Sequence record: OK272485.1
Source: Escherichia phage JLBYU07
Strand: one strand, 5' to 3'
DNA length: 50,290 nucleotides
The notes under the pieces: model-generated
The model's input: only the letters and a program-made list of their open reading frames with translations
The model's database searches: none
Told to the model about the DNA's origin: nothing
Made by a program: the position numbers and the translations under genes
Part shown: one piece after another, positions 34,049 through 44,153 of the stretch
Layout of the letters: each line of letters starts with the position of its first letter
Position numbering within the stretch: the stretch's first letter is position 1

Positions 34049-34365
34049 AGCGGGCGGTTTACCTGTTTTACCTCAAGCCGCCAACTGACGCACAATTAGA
34101 GGCCGTCGGCCTATCCCGTTCAGACTACGAAGGGGAGGAGCCGCCGGAGGTAATTTTTGATGAATCAATGTTTCAATCTTGGGATCTGTTTTGCGCTATG
34201 CAGACGCAATGGAGATCGACTAGCGGCAGTGTGTATGGGTTCGACTATAACGTTTTGCCTATGCTTTTTGACATTTACAAGATTGAGGATCGGGAGATGG
34301 CGCTAAATGATTTGCGCATCATGGAACAAAAGGCGCTAGAAATGATTCATTCAAACAAAACATAA
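33731..34365 (+). CDS. tail assembly chaperone G-T fusion via programmed -1 ribosomal frameshift
   Basis: slippery A AAA AAC at 34039-34045; -1 frame open from 34045 to stop 34363-34365 and matches track ORF 34168-34365. Confidence 0.55.
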
Positions 34366-34386
34366 GCGCCGCGAGGCGCTTTTTTA
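34364..34386 (+). terminator. rho-independent terminator
   Basis: hairpin AAGCGCCGCGAGGCGCTT followed by T5. Confidence 0.55.
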
Positions 34387-34404
34387 ATATCTGGAGGTTT
34401 TAAA

Positions 34405-37086
34405 ATGGCTGAAAAATACGCTGGCCTAACGCTAGGCGTTGACGTGTCGCAGGTCAACAATGCTGTTAAATCATTGCAGCAATTCAAGAAGGCAAACGAC
34501 GACGCAAAAAAAAGCGTTAATGAATTTGTTGATTCTGAGGTTGTGGCCCGACAGCAAGCAAAACAGCTTGCCGAAGAACTGGCGCGCCAGAAAGCAGAAT
34601 TTAAGAAAATCCAGGAGTCAATTGATCCCACCGCATCAAAGGTGGATAAGCTGAGAAAGGCAGCGACACAGCTTGATGCGCTATGGAAAAAGGGCGTTGT
34701 TCCTGATCAGACTTTTTTTGAGCTTGGGGCAATTCTTGAGACGCAGCAAAACAAGCTGATCGCAACAAAAAAAGCGATGACAGAGGAAGGCCGCGCGGCG
34801 CTTGAGGAATCAAAGAACAAGGCGCGCGCAGCGGAAGAGGCTAAAAAATTCGTCCAGGCTTTGCGTGAGCAGGAAGAAGCAGCAGGAAAAAGCAAGTCTG
34901 AATTGCTGGAAATGAAAGCGGCACAGCTTGGAGTTAGCCAGGAGGCAGCACCTTACATCGCAAGGCTGAAAGAGCAGGAAAAGCAGATCCAGAAACTTGG
35001 GATTTCTACAGGCCAATACAAACAAGCAATGCAGCAATTGCCAATGCAGATCACAGACGTGGTGACTTCACTTGCTTCTGGTATGCCCGTTTGGTTGGTC
35101 GCAGTCCAGCAGGGTGGACAGATCAAGGATTCTTTTGGTGGTGCATCCAATGCTTTAAAAGCGTTGCTATCTTTCCTGAATCCGGTAAACGTGGCGTTTG
35201 GTTTGCTTTCCGGCACGCTGGCAATTGCTGCATATAATGCCCACAAAGCACAGACAGAGCTTGAGGCAATTAAAAAAACCGTTCAGGAAACAACTGGCTT
35301 GACTGGTGATTTTGCCGAAAAGATTGCTACCGGAATACAGGAGCTTTCCGACAAGACAGGCGAAAGCGCCGAAGATCTTGCAAAGGCTTACATCACCACG
35401 AAAGACGGCGCGAGCGAGGCGATTAAAAAACTGGTTGACGTTGGCATGACTTATGATGACGCAAAAAAGAAAGTCAACGAGTACAAGGGCGCGTCTAGCT
35501 TTGTCAGCTTGAATAACGAAATTGCAAACCACAAAAACAAAGTCCTTGAGTTGGGCGATTCGTGGTATGAGGTTTTGAAAGCGAAGCGTGATTACGCTTC
35601 CCCGTCCGGCGGCCTGTTAGGTAAGGAGCTTGGCTATGTTAACCCTATGCTTAAGTTTGCACTTAACACTTATGAAGACATTGGAAAGGTCGTAAAAGAT
35701 GCGAATAAGGACATGGCGGAACGAGCGGAAAGGATCGACAAAGAAAACCTGGCCTTAAACAGAGTGCGCGCAGCACAGGAGGCTTTAAACAAAGCCATTG
35801 AGGATCAGAAAAATGTGGCGCGTTCGGCTGATGAAGAACTGAAAAAGCGCGCGGCTGAAAACGTGGAGTTGAGGCGCAAAGAGCTTGAGGAAATCAAGAA
35901 GCAGGAGCAGAAAAAGAAAGAGGCTAAAGGTGGAATAGTTCGCGGCCCGACTGAGCAGCTTGATAAAGAGTTGTACGTTTTAAAAGCGCAACTGGAGATG
36001 CTTAAAGAGCATCGCACTGTTAACGATGTTATTTCTCGCCAGCGTAAATCATTATGGAGTATCGAAAAGCAGATCGAGATCCTGGAGGATGCGAAGAGCA
36101 AGCGTAAATTGACCGGAGCGGAACAGGCGCTACTAAACGAGCAAAAAGCCGTTCTTGAAATGGCAAGGCAAAAAGCTGAGCTAGGGGATCAGATTGTTTT
36201 ACAGGAGCGCAAAAACAAGCTGGAGCAAGATAGCATTAAGTTTATCCGTGAAACTCAGGCGGCTATTGATGCGATTGGCCTTAAGCAACTTGGCTACACT
36301 GAAAAGCAGATCGAGCGTGAGCTAGAGTTACGCAAGCTGCGCACCGACTACGAGGCGCAAGGCAGAAGCGTTAGCGACGAAGTTTTTCAGCAAATGGAGA
36401 CGAAACTTAAGCTGTATTACCAGGCACAAGACGAGGCGCAAGGCAACTGGTTAGCCGGAGCAAAGAACGCATGGGAGCTATTCGCGGAAGATGCAAACAA
36501 TGCCTATGGCAATGTTCAGCAGATTGCAAGCGAGGCGTTAAACGGCCTTACAAACCAATTAGCGAATTTTATCGCTACTGGCAAGGCAAACTTTAAAGAC
36601 TTCTCGACGGCTATCATCAAAATGATTATTCAGATGATCACGAAAATGGTTGTCTTTAATGCGTTATCTGGCCTGATGGGTGGTCAAACCTGGACGATGG
36701 GGAGCTTGCTTAAGAATATTGGCGGATTTGCTGGCGGTGGATACACTGGCGATGGCGGGAAGTATGAGCCAGCCGGAATTGTTCATAAGGGTGAATTTGT
36801 CATGACGAAGGAGGCAACGCAGCGTATCGGAGTAGGCAACTTGTACCGCATGATGCGAGGCTATGCTAACGGCGGCGTTGTTGGTGGTTCCGGCTATACT
36901 GGCGGTGGCACTGTCACTGGTGGAGCACCTCAATTTAACATCGGTGGGATTGATGTTAGCATCAATAACGGCAATGATCCGAAGGGTATCGAAACTGGTG
37001 TTAAGATGATCTTTACTGATATGATTAGACGTTCCTGTATGCAGGGCGGGGAGGTTTACGAATTTGTTATGAGCAAGCGAGGTTGA
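34405..37086 (+). CDS. tape measure protein
   Basis: 893 aa; long coiled-coil Lys/Glu/Ala-rich body, Gly-rich C-terminal region, position after G/G-T. Confidence 0.85.
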   Translation: MAEKYAGLTLGVDVSQVNNAVKSLQQFKKANDDAKKSVNEFVDSEVVARQQAKQLAEELARQKAEFKKIQESIDPTASKVDKLRKAATQLDALWKKGVVPDQTFFELGAILETQQNKLIATKKAMTEEGRAALEESKNKARAAEEAKKFVQALREQEEAAGKSKSELLEMKAAQLGVSQEAAPYIARLKEQEKQIQKLGISTGQYKQAMQQLPMQITDVVTSLASGMPVWLVAVQQGGQIKDSFGGASNALKALLSFLNPVNVAFGLLSGTLAIAAYNAHKAQTELEAIKKTVQETTGLTGDFAEKIATGIQELSDKTGESAEDLAKAYITTKDGASEAIKKLVDVGMTYDDAKKKVNEYKGASSFVSLNNEIANHKNKVLELGDSWYEVLKAKRDYASPSGGLLGKELGYVNPMLKFALNTYEDIGKVVKDANKDMAERAERIDKENLALNRVRAAQEALNKAIEDQKNVARSADEELKKRAAENVELRRKELEEIKKQEQKKKEAKGGIVRGPTEQLDKELYVLKAQLEMLKEHRTVNDVISRQRKSLWSIEKQIEILEDAKSKRKLTGAEQALLNEQKAVLEMARQKAELGDQIVLQERKNKLEQDSIKFIRETQAAIDAIGLKQLGYTEKQIERELELRKLRTDYEAQGRSVSDEVFQQMETKLKLYYQAQDEAQGNWLAGAKNAWELFAEDANNAYGNVQQIASEALNGLTNQLANFIATGKANFKDFSTAIIKMIIQMITKMVVFNALSGLMGGQTWTMGSLLKNIGGFAGGGYTGDGGKYEPAGIVHKGEFVMTKEATQRIGVGNLYRMMRGYANGGVVGGSGYTGGGTVTGGAPQFNIGGIDVSINNGNDPKGIETGVKMIFTDMIRRSCMQGGEVYEFVMSKRG

Positions 37087-37088
37087 TA

Positions 37089-37439
37089 ATGAAGCTGGAT
37101 CAGTTTAAGTGGTGTACGCAGGTTCAGAACGGCGGCGGGGCAATGACGTCATCGAATAACGATCGAGAGATTGCATTCGGTAACGGATACACACAGGTAG
37201 CATCTGGAGGTTTTAACACAATCCGGCGAGAGTTTAGCATTGTTTACGCTGGGATTGATTACAGAGATGTTGTCAAGTTCCTGAATGAGCACAGGCTAAA
37301 GCCTTTCTTGTGGATCATGCCTGATGGAAGCCCTGGATTGTTCAGGGTGAAAAGCGGCAGCGTCGGCCTTACTCCACTGTCGCCAACCGTTCAGGAAGTA
37401 AAAGCTACTTTTACGGAGCAATTTACATCAATGCAATAA
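37089..37439 (+). CDS. minor tail protein (lambda M-like)
   Basis: 116 aa from ATG 37089; immediately after tape measure, first of M-L-K-I-J order. Confidence 0.65.
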   Translation: MKLDQFKWCTQVQNGGGAMTSSNNDREIAFGNGYTQVASGGFNTIRREFSIVYAGIDYRDVVKFLNEHRLKPFLWIMPDGSPGLFRVKSGSVGLTPLSPTVQEVKATFTEQFTSMQ

Positions 37440-37443
37440 TTTA

Positions 37444-37468
37444 AAGCCGCCTTTGTGCGGCTTTTTTC
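37444..37468 (+). terminator. rho-independent terminator
   Basis: hairpin AAGCCGCCTTTGTGCGGCTT followed by T6. Confidence 0.7.
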
Positions 37469-37501
37469 TTGATGTTACAATGAACAAAAAGGAGGTAGAA
37501 A

Positions 37502-38263
37502 ATGGCTAATAAAGAATCAGGTAGAGTTGAATTTGAGAACTGCCTACAAAGTTTGTACCCAGGAGAAATTATAACGCTTGTAGAGATTGACGGGACGAAG
37601 TTCGGGGCAAATATTTACCGATTTCACAATGAGAACATTTCTTATACTGCCGAAGAATTAATGCAAGCGCAGCAAACCGGAATCTTGCCGCCGAAAGATA
37701 TTATTTTTCAGGGTGAGGTTTACGGAGCGCGGCCTTTCGGTGTGAGCGGGATTAACTTCACAAGTAACGGCAGGGCAGATAAGCCTCAACTTATAGTGTC
37801 AAACCTTGACAGCAGGGTTAGCGCCATGATCAGAAATTACAATGGCATGATGCAAGCAAAGGTGACTTTCTGGATTACGGCAAAGGAATTTATAGGAGAA
37901 GGCGGAGCAATCAAAGATGGCGCTTACAGAAAATTGGTTTATTACATTGAGCGCCCAAGCCAGTATAATAGAGAGGTGGCGAAATTTGATCTGACGTCGC
38001 CTTACGATATGGATGGATTGATGATCCCGCCGCGCATCACTCAAAGCGTTTGCTATTGGGCGCAAAGGGGGTGGTACAGGAGCGGAAAGGGTTGCTCTTA
38101 TAACGGATCGGCAATTTTCGATAAAGACAATAAGCCAGTAACAGATCCATCACAAGACTATTGCGCAGGAACTGTAACGGCTTGCAAATTGAGATTCGGT
38201 CAGCAAAACGAGTTGGATTTCGGCGGTTGCGCGGTGGCGTCACTGCTACGGAGGAATCAATAA
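37502..38263 (+). CDS. minor tail protein (lambda L-like)
   Basis: 253 aa; AAGGAGG RBS; C-terminal Cys residues (CYWAQ, CSYNG, CAG, CKL) as in L-family. Confidence 0.7.
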   Translation: MANKESGRVEFENCLQSLYPGEIITLVEIDGTKFGANIYRFHNENISYTAEELMQAQQTGILPPKDIIFQGEVYGARPFGVSGINFTSNGRADKPQLIVSNLDSRVSAMIRNYNGMMQAKVTFWITAKEFIGEGGAIKDGAYRKLVYYIERPSQYNREVAKFDLTSPYDMDGLMIPPRITQSVCYWAQRGWYRSGKGCSYNGSAIFDKDNKPVTDPSQDYCAGTVTACKLRFGQQNELDFGGCAVASLLRRNQ

Positions 38264-38994
38264 TGATTAGTGCAAAAATTAAACTTGAAATAATGCAGCA
38301 CGTTAAAGAGGAATACCCTAAAGAGGCTTGCGGCGTCATAACTCAAAAGTCACGGGTACAGAAATATCACCGCATAACCAACGTGCATGACGATCCAGAA
38401 AATCATTTTGAAATGGACGCCGTAGAATACGCTGAATCGCTCGACAAAGGCGAATTAATCGCGGTGGTGCATTCCCATTGCGGGGATGGTGCTAGTACGA
38501 TACCGAGCGCGCACGACTCATGTATGTGCGATGAAATGGGTGTGTCGTGGATTATAGTTTCATGGCCAGAAGGTGATATGAGAATTGTCGAGCCGCAGGA
38601 GAGGCCGCTTATCGGTCGCCCGTGGTCGCTGGGGTCGTTCGATTGCTGGGGTCTTATCATGGCGTGGCATAAACAGCACGGAGTAGTATTGAATGACTTC
38701 CGAAAGCCTTACGAGTGGTGGAAGTCAGAATATGGTGAAAATCTTTACCAGGATAATTATTTGAAAGAGGGATTTGTTGAAACTAACGAGCCTCCAAAAC
38801 CTGGTGATATGGTGATTATGCAGCTATCATCGCCAGTCTGGAATCATGCGGGGATTTATTTGGGTAACAATCAGCTATTACATCATGCGTTTGGAAAGCT
38901 ATCTCGCATTGACTTGTATTCTGGATGGTATCAGGAGCACACTGTAAAAATTTGCCGACATAAGGATCTGAAATATGACATTGAAAGTAATTAA
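38263..38994 (+). CDS. tail assembly protein (lambda K-like; MPN/JAB plus NlpC/P60)
   Basis: 243 aa from ATG 38263; JAMM motif VVHSHCGDGASTIPSAHD; C-terminal Cys/His papain-like segment (DCWGL...H). Confidence 0.8.
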   Translation: MISAKIKLEIMQHVKEEYPKEACGVITQKSRVQKYHRITNVHDDPENHFEMDAVEYAESLDKGELIAVVHSHCGDGASTIPSAHDSCMCDEMGVSWIIVSWPEGDMRIVEPQERPLIGRPWSLGSFDCWGLIMAWHKQHGVVLNDFRKPYEWWKSEYGENLYQDNYLKEGFVETNEPPKPGDMVIMQLSSPVWNHAGIYLGNNQLLHHAFGKLSRIDLYSGWYQEHTVKICRHKDLKYDIESN

Positions 38995-39571
38995 GCTATC
39001 TGGTTCCCTGGGGCGTAGATTTGGCGTCTTTCACAAAATGGCGGTTGACTCATACCCCGAAGCAATACGCGCGCTATCTTCCCAGGTTGAAGGATTCAAA
39101 GACTACATGCAAAGCGAAGTAGGATCGCGAATGAAGTATGCTGTATTCGTTGACGGTAAAAACATTGGTCAGCATGATGAAAAATCATGGAAGTGCGCGC
39201 GAGAGGTTAGAATAGTTCCTGTTCCAACTGGTTCTAAGTCCGGCGGCTTGTTCAATGTTGTTGTTGGTGCTGTAATTATGGCTACTGCGTTCATTACTAA
39301 CGGTGCAAGCCTGGCGGCTATGGGCGCTTTTGCATCTTCCGCATTTATGATGGGTGGTGCTATCGCGCTTGGCGGTGTCATGCAAATGATCTCGCCGCAG
39401 CAGGGTGGAATGAAACTGCAAAGCCAATCAGCAGAAAACAAGCCTTCTTACGCTTTCGGCGGCGCAGTAAATACCACGGCGGCAGGTTATCCGGTTCCTT
39501 TACCATATGGATATAGGACAGTAGGCGGCGCGATCTGGTCGGCTGGCAGCTACGCAGAAGATAAAGCATAA
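38975..39571 (+). CDS. tail assembly protein (lambda I-like)
   Basis: 198 aa; overlaps end of K; Gly/Ala-rich hydrophobic C-terminal half. Confidence 0.7.
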   Translation: MTLKVIKLSGSLGRRFGVFHKMAVDSYPEAIRALSSQVEGFKDYMQSEVGSRMKYAVFVDGKNIGQHDEKSWKCAREVRIVPVPTGSKSGGLFNVVVGAVIMATAFITNGASLAAMGAFASSAFMMGGAIALGGVMQMISPQQGGMKLQSQSAENKPSYAFGGAVNTTAAGYPVPLPYGYRTVGGAIWSAGSYAEDKA

Positions 39572-39578
39572 AAAAAAT

Positions 39579-39601
39579 ACCCGCCTTGCGCGGGTTTTTT
39601 T
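39579..39601 (+). terminator. rho-independent terminator
   Basis: hairpin ACCCGCCTTGCGCGGGT followed by T7. Confidence 0.7.
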
Positions 39602-39650
39602 GTGCCTTTATAATGTTCAAACCAAGAAACAGCACAAAAGGTTAAAAGTC

Positions 39651-42600
39651 ATGGCTAAATATATGATAAGCGGCAGTAAGGGCGGAAGCAAAAAGCCATA
39701 CGTGCCAAAAGAGATGGAAGATAACCTGATCTCGATAAACAAGATTAAAGTTTTGCTGGCTGTATCTGATGGCGAGTGCGATCCAGATTTCACGTTGCGT
39801 GATCTTTATCTTGATGATGTTCCTGTTATTGCCAGCGATGGCACTGTTAACTATGAGGGTGTAACGGCTGAATATAGGCCAGGCACACAGACGCAAGATT
39901 ACATCCAAGGGTTTACTGACACATCAAGCGAGGTGACAGTTTCGCGAGATATTACAACAGACAATCCCTATATTATCTCTGTGACAAACAAAAATCTTTC
40001 TGCAATCAGAATCAAGATTCTGATGCCAGTTGGCATGAAGCAGGAGGATAACGGCGATCTTGTTGGCGTAAGGGTTCAATATGCCGTAGATATGGCTGTT
40101 GATGGCGGTTCTTATAACGAGGTTATGAGAGATGTAATTGACGGCAAGACGAGATCAGGATATGACCGCAGCAGAAGGATTGATCTTCCTAAGTTTGAGG
40201 AGCGCGTTTTAATCAGAGTCAAGCGACTGACTCCAGACAGCACACCTTCAAAGGTGACTGATAAAATCAAACTGCAAAGTTACGCTGAGGTTGTGGATGC
40301 AAAATTCCGTTATCCTCTGACTGGACTTGTATTCGTAGAATTTGACAGCGAATTGTTTCCTACGCAAATCCCTAACATTTCTATAAAAAAGAAATGGAAG
40401 ATTATTAATGTTCCAAGCAACTATGATCCAATATCAAGAAAATATCACGGGTCATGGGATGGGACTTTTAAAAAAGCGTGGTCAAATAATCCTGCTTGGG
40501 TTCTTTATGATCTGGTAACGAATCAGCGTTATGGGCTTGACCAGCGAGAGTTAGGAATACAGATCGACAAGTGGAGCTTATACGAGGCTGGCGTTTACTG
40601 TGATCAGAAAGTTCCAGACGGTAAGGGCGGTACAGAGCCTCGCTACCTATGCGATGTAGTTATCCAGAATCAGGTTGAGGCTTATCAGCTAATCCGTGAC
40701 ATTTGCTCAATCTTTCGCGGAATGAGCTTTTGGAATGGTGAGAGTTTATCAATCGTGATTGATAAGCCGCGCGATCCATCATACGTGTTTACTAATGAAA
40801 ACGTCATCAACGGTGATTTTCAGTACACAACCGCAAGCGAAAAAAGCATGTACACGCAGTGTAACGTGACGTTTGACGACGAACAAAACATGTATCAGCA
40901 GGACGTAGAGGGGGTTTTTGATACTGAGGCTGCATTACGATTTGGATACAATCCAACAAGCATTACAGCGATCGGGTGCACACGCAGGAGCGAAGCGAAT
41001 CGTCGCGGTAGGTGGGTTTTGAAAACAAACCTTAGAAGCACTACTGTAAACTTTGCTACCGGACTAGAGGGGATGATTCCATCAATAGGTGATGTGATTG
41101 CTATCGCTGATAATTTTCAGAGCAGCAACCTAACGTTAAACCTATCGGGCCGAGTGATGGAAGTTTCAGGATTGCAGGTTTTCGTTCCGTTTAAGGTTGA
41201 TGCTCGTCCTGGTGATTTTATTATCATCAACAAGCCGGACGGCAAGCCAGTTAAGCGCACGATCTCAAAGGTTAGCGCAGACGGAAAAACCATTGAGTTA
41301 AATATTGGATTTGGTTTTGATGTTAAGCCTGACACTGTTTTTGCGATTGACCGTACTGACCTTGCGTTGCAGCAATACGTTGTGACAACTATCAGCAAGG
41401 GTGATGACGAAAACGAGTTTACCTATTCAATCACGGCTGTAGAGTACGATCCGAACAAATACGACGAGATTGATTATGGCGTAAACATTGATGACAGACC
41501 AACTTCAATTGTTCAGCCTGACGTGATGGTAGCGCCGGAGAACGTGCAGATCTCATCTTATTCTCGCGTCGTGCAGGGCGTTAGCGTTGAGACTATGGTT
41601 GTTTCATGGGATAAGGTTCCTTACGCATCTCTTTATGAAATGCAGTGGCGAAAAGGTGATGGCAACTGGCTGAATACGCCGCAGACAGCTAACAAAGAGA
41701 TAGAGGTAGAAGGAATTTATTCAGGGAACTATCAAGTAAGGGTTAGATCTGTTTCTGCAAGCGGTAACACCTCCCCGTGGTCAAAGATTGCAACCGCCAC
41801 CCTGACAGGTAAAGTTGGCGAGCCAGGAGCGCCGATTAATCTTACAGCTTCTGATAATGAAGTTTTTGGCATTCGTGTCAAATGGGGTATGCCGGAAGGA
41901 TCAGGCGATACGGCTTACATTGAGCTTCACCAATCTCCAGACGGAACGGTTGAAAACTCAAGCCTGCTTACGCTGATTCCATATCCTCAATATGAGTATT
42001 GGCATAGCACGTTACCAGCGGGTCAAGTTGTATGGTATAGAATCCGTAGCGTTGACAGGATCGGCAACGTTTCCGGCTGGACTGACTTTGTTCGTGGCAT
42101 GGCGTCAGATGATGTTGAATCTGTTTTAGGCGACATTCTGGACAAGATTTTTGATACCGAAGCGGGTCAAGAAATCAAAGAGAACGCCATAGACAGTGCC
42201 AACAAAATCAAAGACCAAGCGCAATCAATCATCCAGAACGCATTAGCAAACGATGCTGATGTGAAGTGGACGCGAGTACAAAACGGAAAGCGTAAGGCTG
42301 AATATGGTCATGCTCTTGAGCTTATCGCCAACGAAACTGAGGCGCGCGTAACTCAAATCGAAGAGTTAAGGGCGTCAATTGATGAAGATATAGTTTCAAG
42401 TATCAAAACCGTTCAGGAAGCGATTGCCAACGAATCAGAGACGCGAGCTACTCAAGTTCAGCAGCTTGATTCTAAATTTACGAAGGAAATAGACGGCGTA
42501 AAACGAGATACGGCTGCAAGTATTGGTGAGGTAAGGCAAACCATTACCAATGAATCAGAAGCGCGCGCTCAGGCCGTTCAGCAGCTTGACGCTAAGTTCA

Positions 42601-43229
42601 CGAAAGAGATAAACGACCTTGACGGAGTTATCAAAACAGAAGTCGAGGCTAACATCTCAGAAGTGAAACAGGCGATCGCCAATGAGACAGAGGCAAGGGT
42701 TCAGGCTGACCAGGCTTTAACAGCTAAATTCGGAGACGTTGAATCAGCACTAGCAGAAAAACTTGATTCGTGGGCTAACGTTGATTCGGTTGGCGCTAAG
42801 TACGCTATGAAATTGGGCCTTACTTACAATGGGCAGAAGTACAGCGCAGGAATGGTAATGCAGCTATCGCAATCGTCGCAGGGGTTGATCTCACAAATCC
42901 TTTTCGATGCTAACCGATTTGCAATTATGACCAGTTCGTCAGGTGGCGTTTACACATTGCCGTTTGTAGTAGAAAATAACCAGGTTTTTATCAACAGTTT
43001 GTTGGTGAAAAACGGGTCCATTACTAACGCAATGATTGGCAACGTTATTCAGTCAAATAACTTTGTTCAGAATCAGCAAGGATGGAGGCTTGATAAAAAT
43101 GGTAACTTTGAGAACTACGGAACTAGAGCGGGAGAAGGAGCTACAAAATTCACTAACGAAGGCTTAAAGGTGAAAGATGCAAATGGACGATTGAGAGTTG
43201 AGATAGGGAGAATAACCGGAAGTTGGTAA
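39651..43229 (+). CDS. tail tip host-specificity protein (lambda J-like central fibre)
   Basis: 1192 aa from ATG 39651; size and position after I; four ~35-aa tandem repeats IANE[ST]E[AT]R...Q[QE]L near C-terminus. Confidence 0.85.
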   Translation: MAKYMISGSKGGSKKPYVPKEMEDNLISINKIKVLLAVSDGECDPDFTLRDLYLDDVPVIASDGTVNYEGVTAEYRPGTQTQDYIQGFTDTSSEVTVSRDITTDNPYIISVTNKNLSAIRIKILMPVGMKQEDNGDLVGVRVQYAVDMAVDGGSYNEVMRDVIDGKTRSGYDRSRRIDLPKFEERVLIRVKRLTPDSTPSKVTDKIKLQSYAEVVDAKFRYPLTGLVFVEFDSELFPTQIPNISIKKKWKIINVPSNYDPISRKYHGSWDGTFKKAWSNNPAWVLYDLVTNQRYGLDQRELGIQIDKWSLYEAGVYCDQKVPDGKGGTEPRYLCDVVIQNQVEAYQLIRDICSIFRGMSFWNGESLSIVIDKPRDPSYVFTNENVINGDFQYTTASEKSMYTQCNVTFDDEQNMYQQDVEGVFDTEAALRFGYNPTSITAIGCTRRSEANRRGRWVLKTNLRSTTVNFATGLEGMIPSIGDVIAIADNFQSSNLTLNLSGRVMEVSGLQVFVPFKVDARPGDFIIINKPDGKPVKRTISKVSADGKTIELNIGFGFDVKPDTVFAIDRTDLALQQYVVTTISKGDDENEFTYSITAVEYDPNKYDEIDYGVNIDDRPTSIVQPDVMVAPENVQISSYSRVVQGVSVETMVVSWDKVPYASLYEMQWRKGDGNWLNTPQTANKEIEVEGIYSGNYQVRVRSVSASGNTSPWSKIATATLTGKVGEPGAPINLTASDNEVFGIRVKWGMPEGSGDTAYIELHQSPDGTVENSSLLTLIPYPQYEYWHSTLPAGQVVWYRIRSVDRIGNVSGWTDFVRGMASDDVESVLGDILDKIFDTEAGQEIKENAIDSANKIKDQAQSIIQNALANDADVKWTRVQNGKRKAEYGHALELIANETEARVTQIEELRASIDEDIVSSIKTVQEAIANESETRATQVQQLDSKFTKEIDGVKRDTAASIGEVRQTITNESEARAQAVQQLDAKFTKEINDLDGVIKTEVEANISEVKQAIANETEARVQADQALTAKFGDVESALAEKLDSWANVDSVGAKYAMKLGLTYNGQKYSAGMVMQLSQSSQGLISQILFDANRFAIMTSSSGGVYTLPFVVENNQVFINSLLVKNGSITNAMIGNVIQSNNFVQNQQGWRLDKNGNFENYGTRAGEGATKFTNEGLKVKDANGRLRVEIGRITGSW
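42324..42780 (+). repeat. four tandem ~105-bp coding repeats in J C-terminal region
   Basis: repeated GCCAA[CT]GA[AG]... units encoding IANETEARVTQ / IANESETRATQ / ITNESEARAQA / IANETEARVQA. Confidence 0.7.
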
Positions 43230-43235
43230 AAAAAA

Positions 43236-43253
43236 GGGGGCATAGCCCCCTTT
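43236..43253. terminator. bidirectional rho-independent terminator
   Basis: hairpin GGGGGCATAGCCCCC with A8 upstream and T-run downstream, between convergent J and minus-strand operon. Confidence 0.7.
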
Positions 43254-43257
43254 AATT

Positions 43258-43872
43258 TTAATCATAGTGTGATGAATTTATAACCAAAACAGATGAAGCC
43301 GTGTAAATACCAACAGGACCAGAAGTTTGTGCAACCTGCCTAGATAAAGAATATACCCCGTTGCCATACGCGGCAGCTTGAGACTCAAATATCATGAATC
43401 CACCTAAAGACGGATTACGCACAGAGTTTAAAGCTGTTAGTGATGGCATGATGGCGCAAGGGTATCCCAAGTTAACGTCAAAAGTGATCCCGCTTACAGA
43501 TACAAGTTTTGCATCTAAAGGCTTCATCTTTCCATGATAAACCATCTCACCATTAGCATTATAAAAAGCTATTCCGTGACTACCAGGAGGAGTAACAATA
43601 TTGCTAAAAGCATAAACAAATACCTCACCTTGATTGTCGGACTTTTCTATCTTTATTGCGTGCTTACCACCATTATTAAATTGAGTAAATGCTATGTATG
43701 ATTTTGATGTTAACCTTACAAAAAAGAAGCACGGTCTATTTATTGGTATAGAAGTATTAAAAACGGTTCCTGTTTTTGCTGATATTTTACCTTTATCTAT
43801 AAGGTTAACAGGAGTGAAATCTGGACTTAACCACAATGATCCGTCTGGTTTTTTTATGCTCATCCCGTACAT
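43258..43872 (-). CDS. hypothetical protein (lipoprotein operon)
   Basis: 204 aa from ATG 43872 (GGGGG RBS), 1 nt after stop of upstream gene. Confidence 0.5.
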   Translation of the reverse strand: MYGMSIKKPDGSLWLSPDFTPVNLIDKGKISAKTGTVFNTSIPINRPCFFFVRLTSKSYIAFTQFNNGGKHAIKIEKSDNQGEVFVYAFSNIVTPPGSHGIAFYNANGEMVYHGKMKPLDAKLVSVSGITFDVNLGYPCAIMPSLTALNSVRNPSLGGFMIFESQAAAYGNGVYSLSRQVAQTSGPVGIYTASSVLVINSSHYD

Positions 43873-43874
43873 TA

Positions 43875-44153
43875 TTACCCCCAAAAAGTATATATATATC
43901 TTGAGTCAGATCCAGAAAGTCCGCTCCATGTAACGGTATCACCACTTACACCTAAACTTGGAGCGCCTGGATCGCCTCCGCGCCACGAACTCATTCCAAC
44001 ATATATTGCTTTCAACGACTTACCTGGCGGCCTGTTTGAGTAGGTCTTACTGCCAGATGATTGAGTAAATTTATCCAAGAAAAAAACTGGAGTTAAAAGG
44101 CCAGTAACATTTCTACCTTGCTCATCATATATTGCATACCCATATTCAGCCAT
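43875..44153 (-). CDS. hypothetical protein (lipoprotein operon)
   Basis: 92 aa; overlaps end of lipoprotein gene. Confidence 0.5.
   Translation of the reverse strand: MAEYGYAIYDEQGRNVTGLLTPVFFLDKFTQSSGSKTYSNRPPGKSLKAIYVGMSSWRGGDPGAPSLGVSGDTVTWSGLSGSDSRYIYTFWG

Noticed and set aside
34439-36933. Multiple antisense and out-of-frame ORFs inside the tape-measure gene
   Set aside because: Artefacts of the repetitive Lys/Glu/Ala codon composition of the tape-measure gene.
43875-44153. Possible frameshifted single gene spanning 43258-44153
   Set aside because: The downstream gene has its own GGGGG RBS and an ATG 1 nt after the upstream stop; two coupled genes is the simpler reading.
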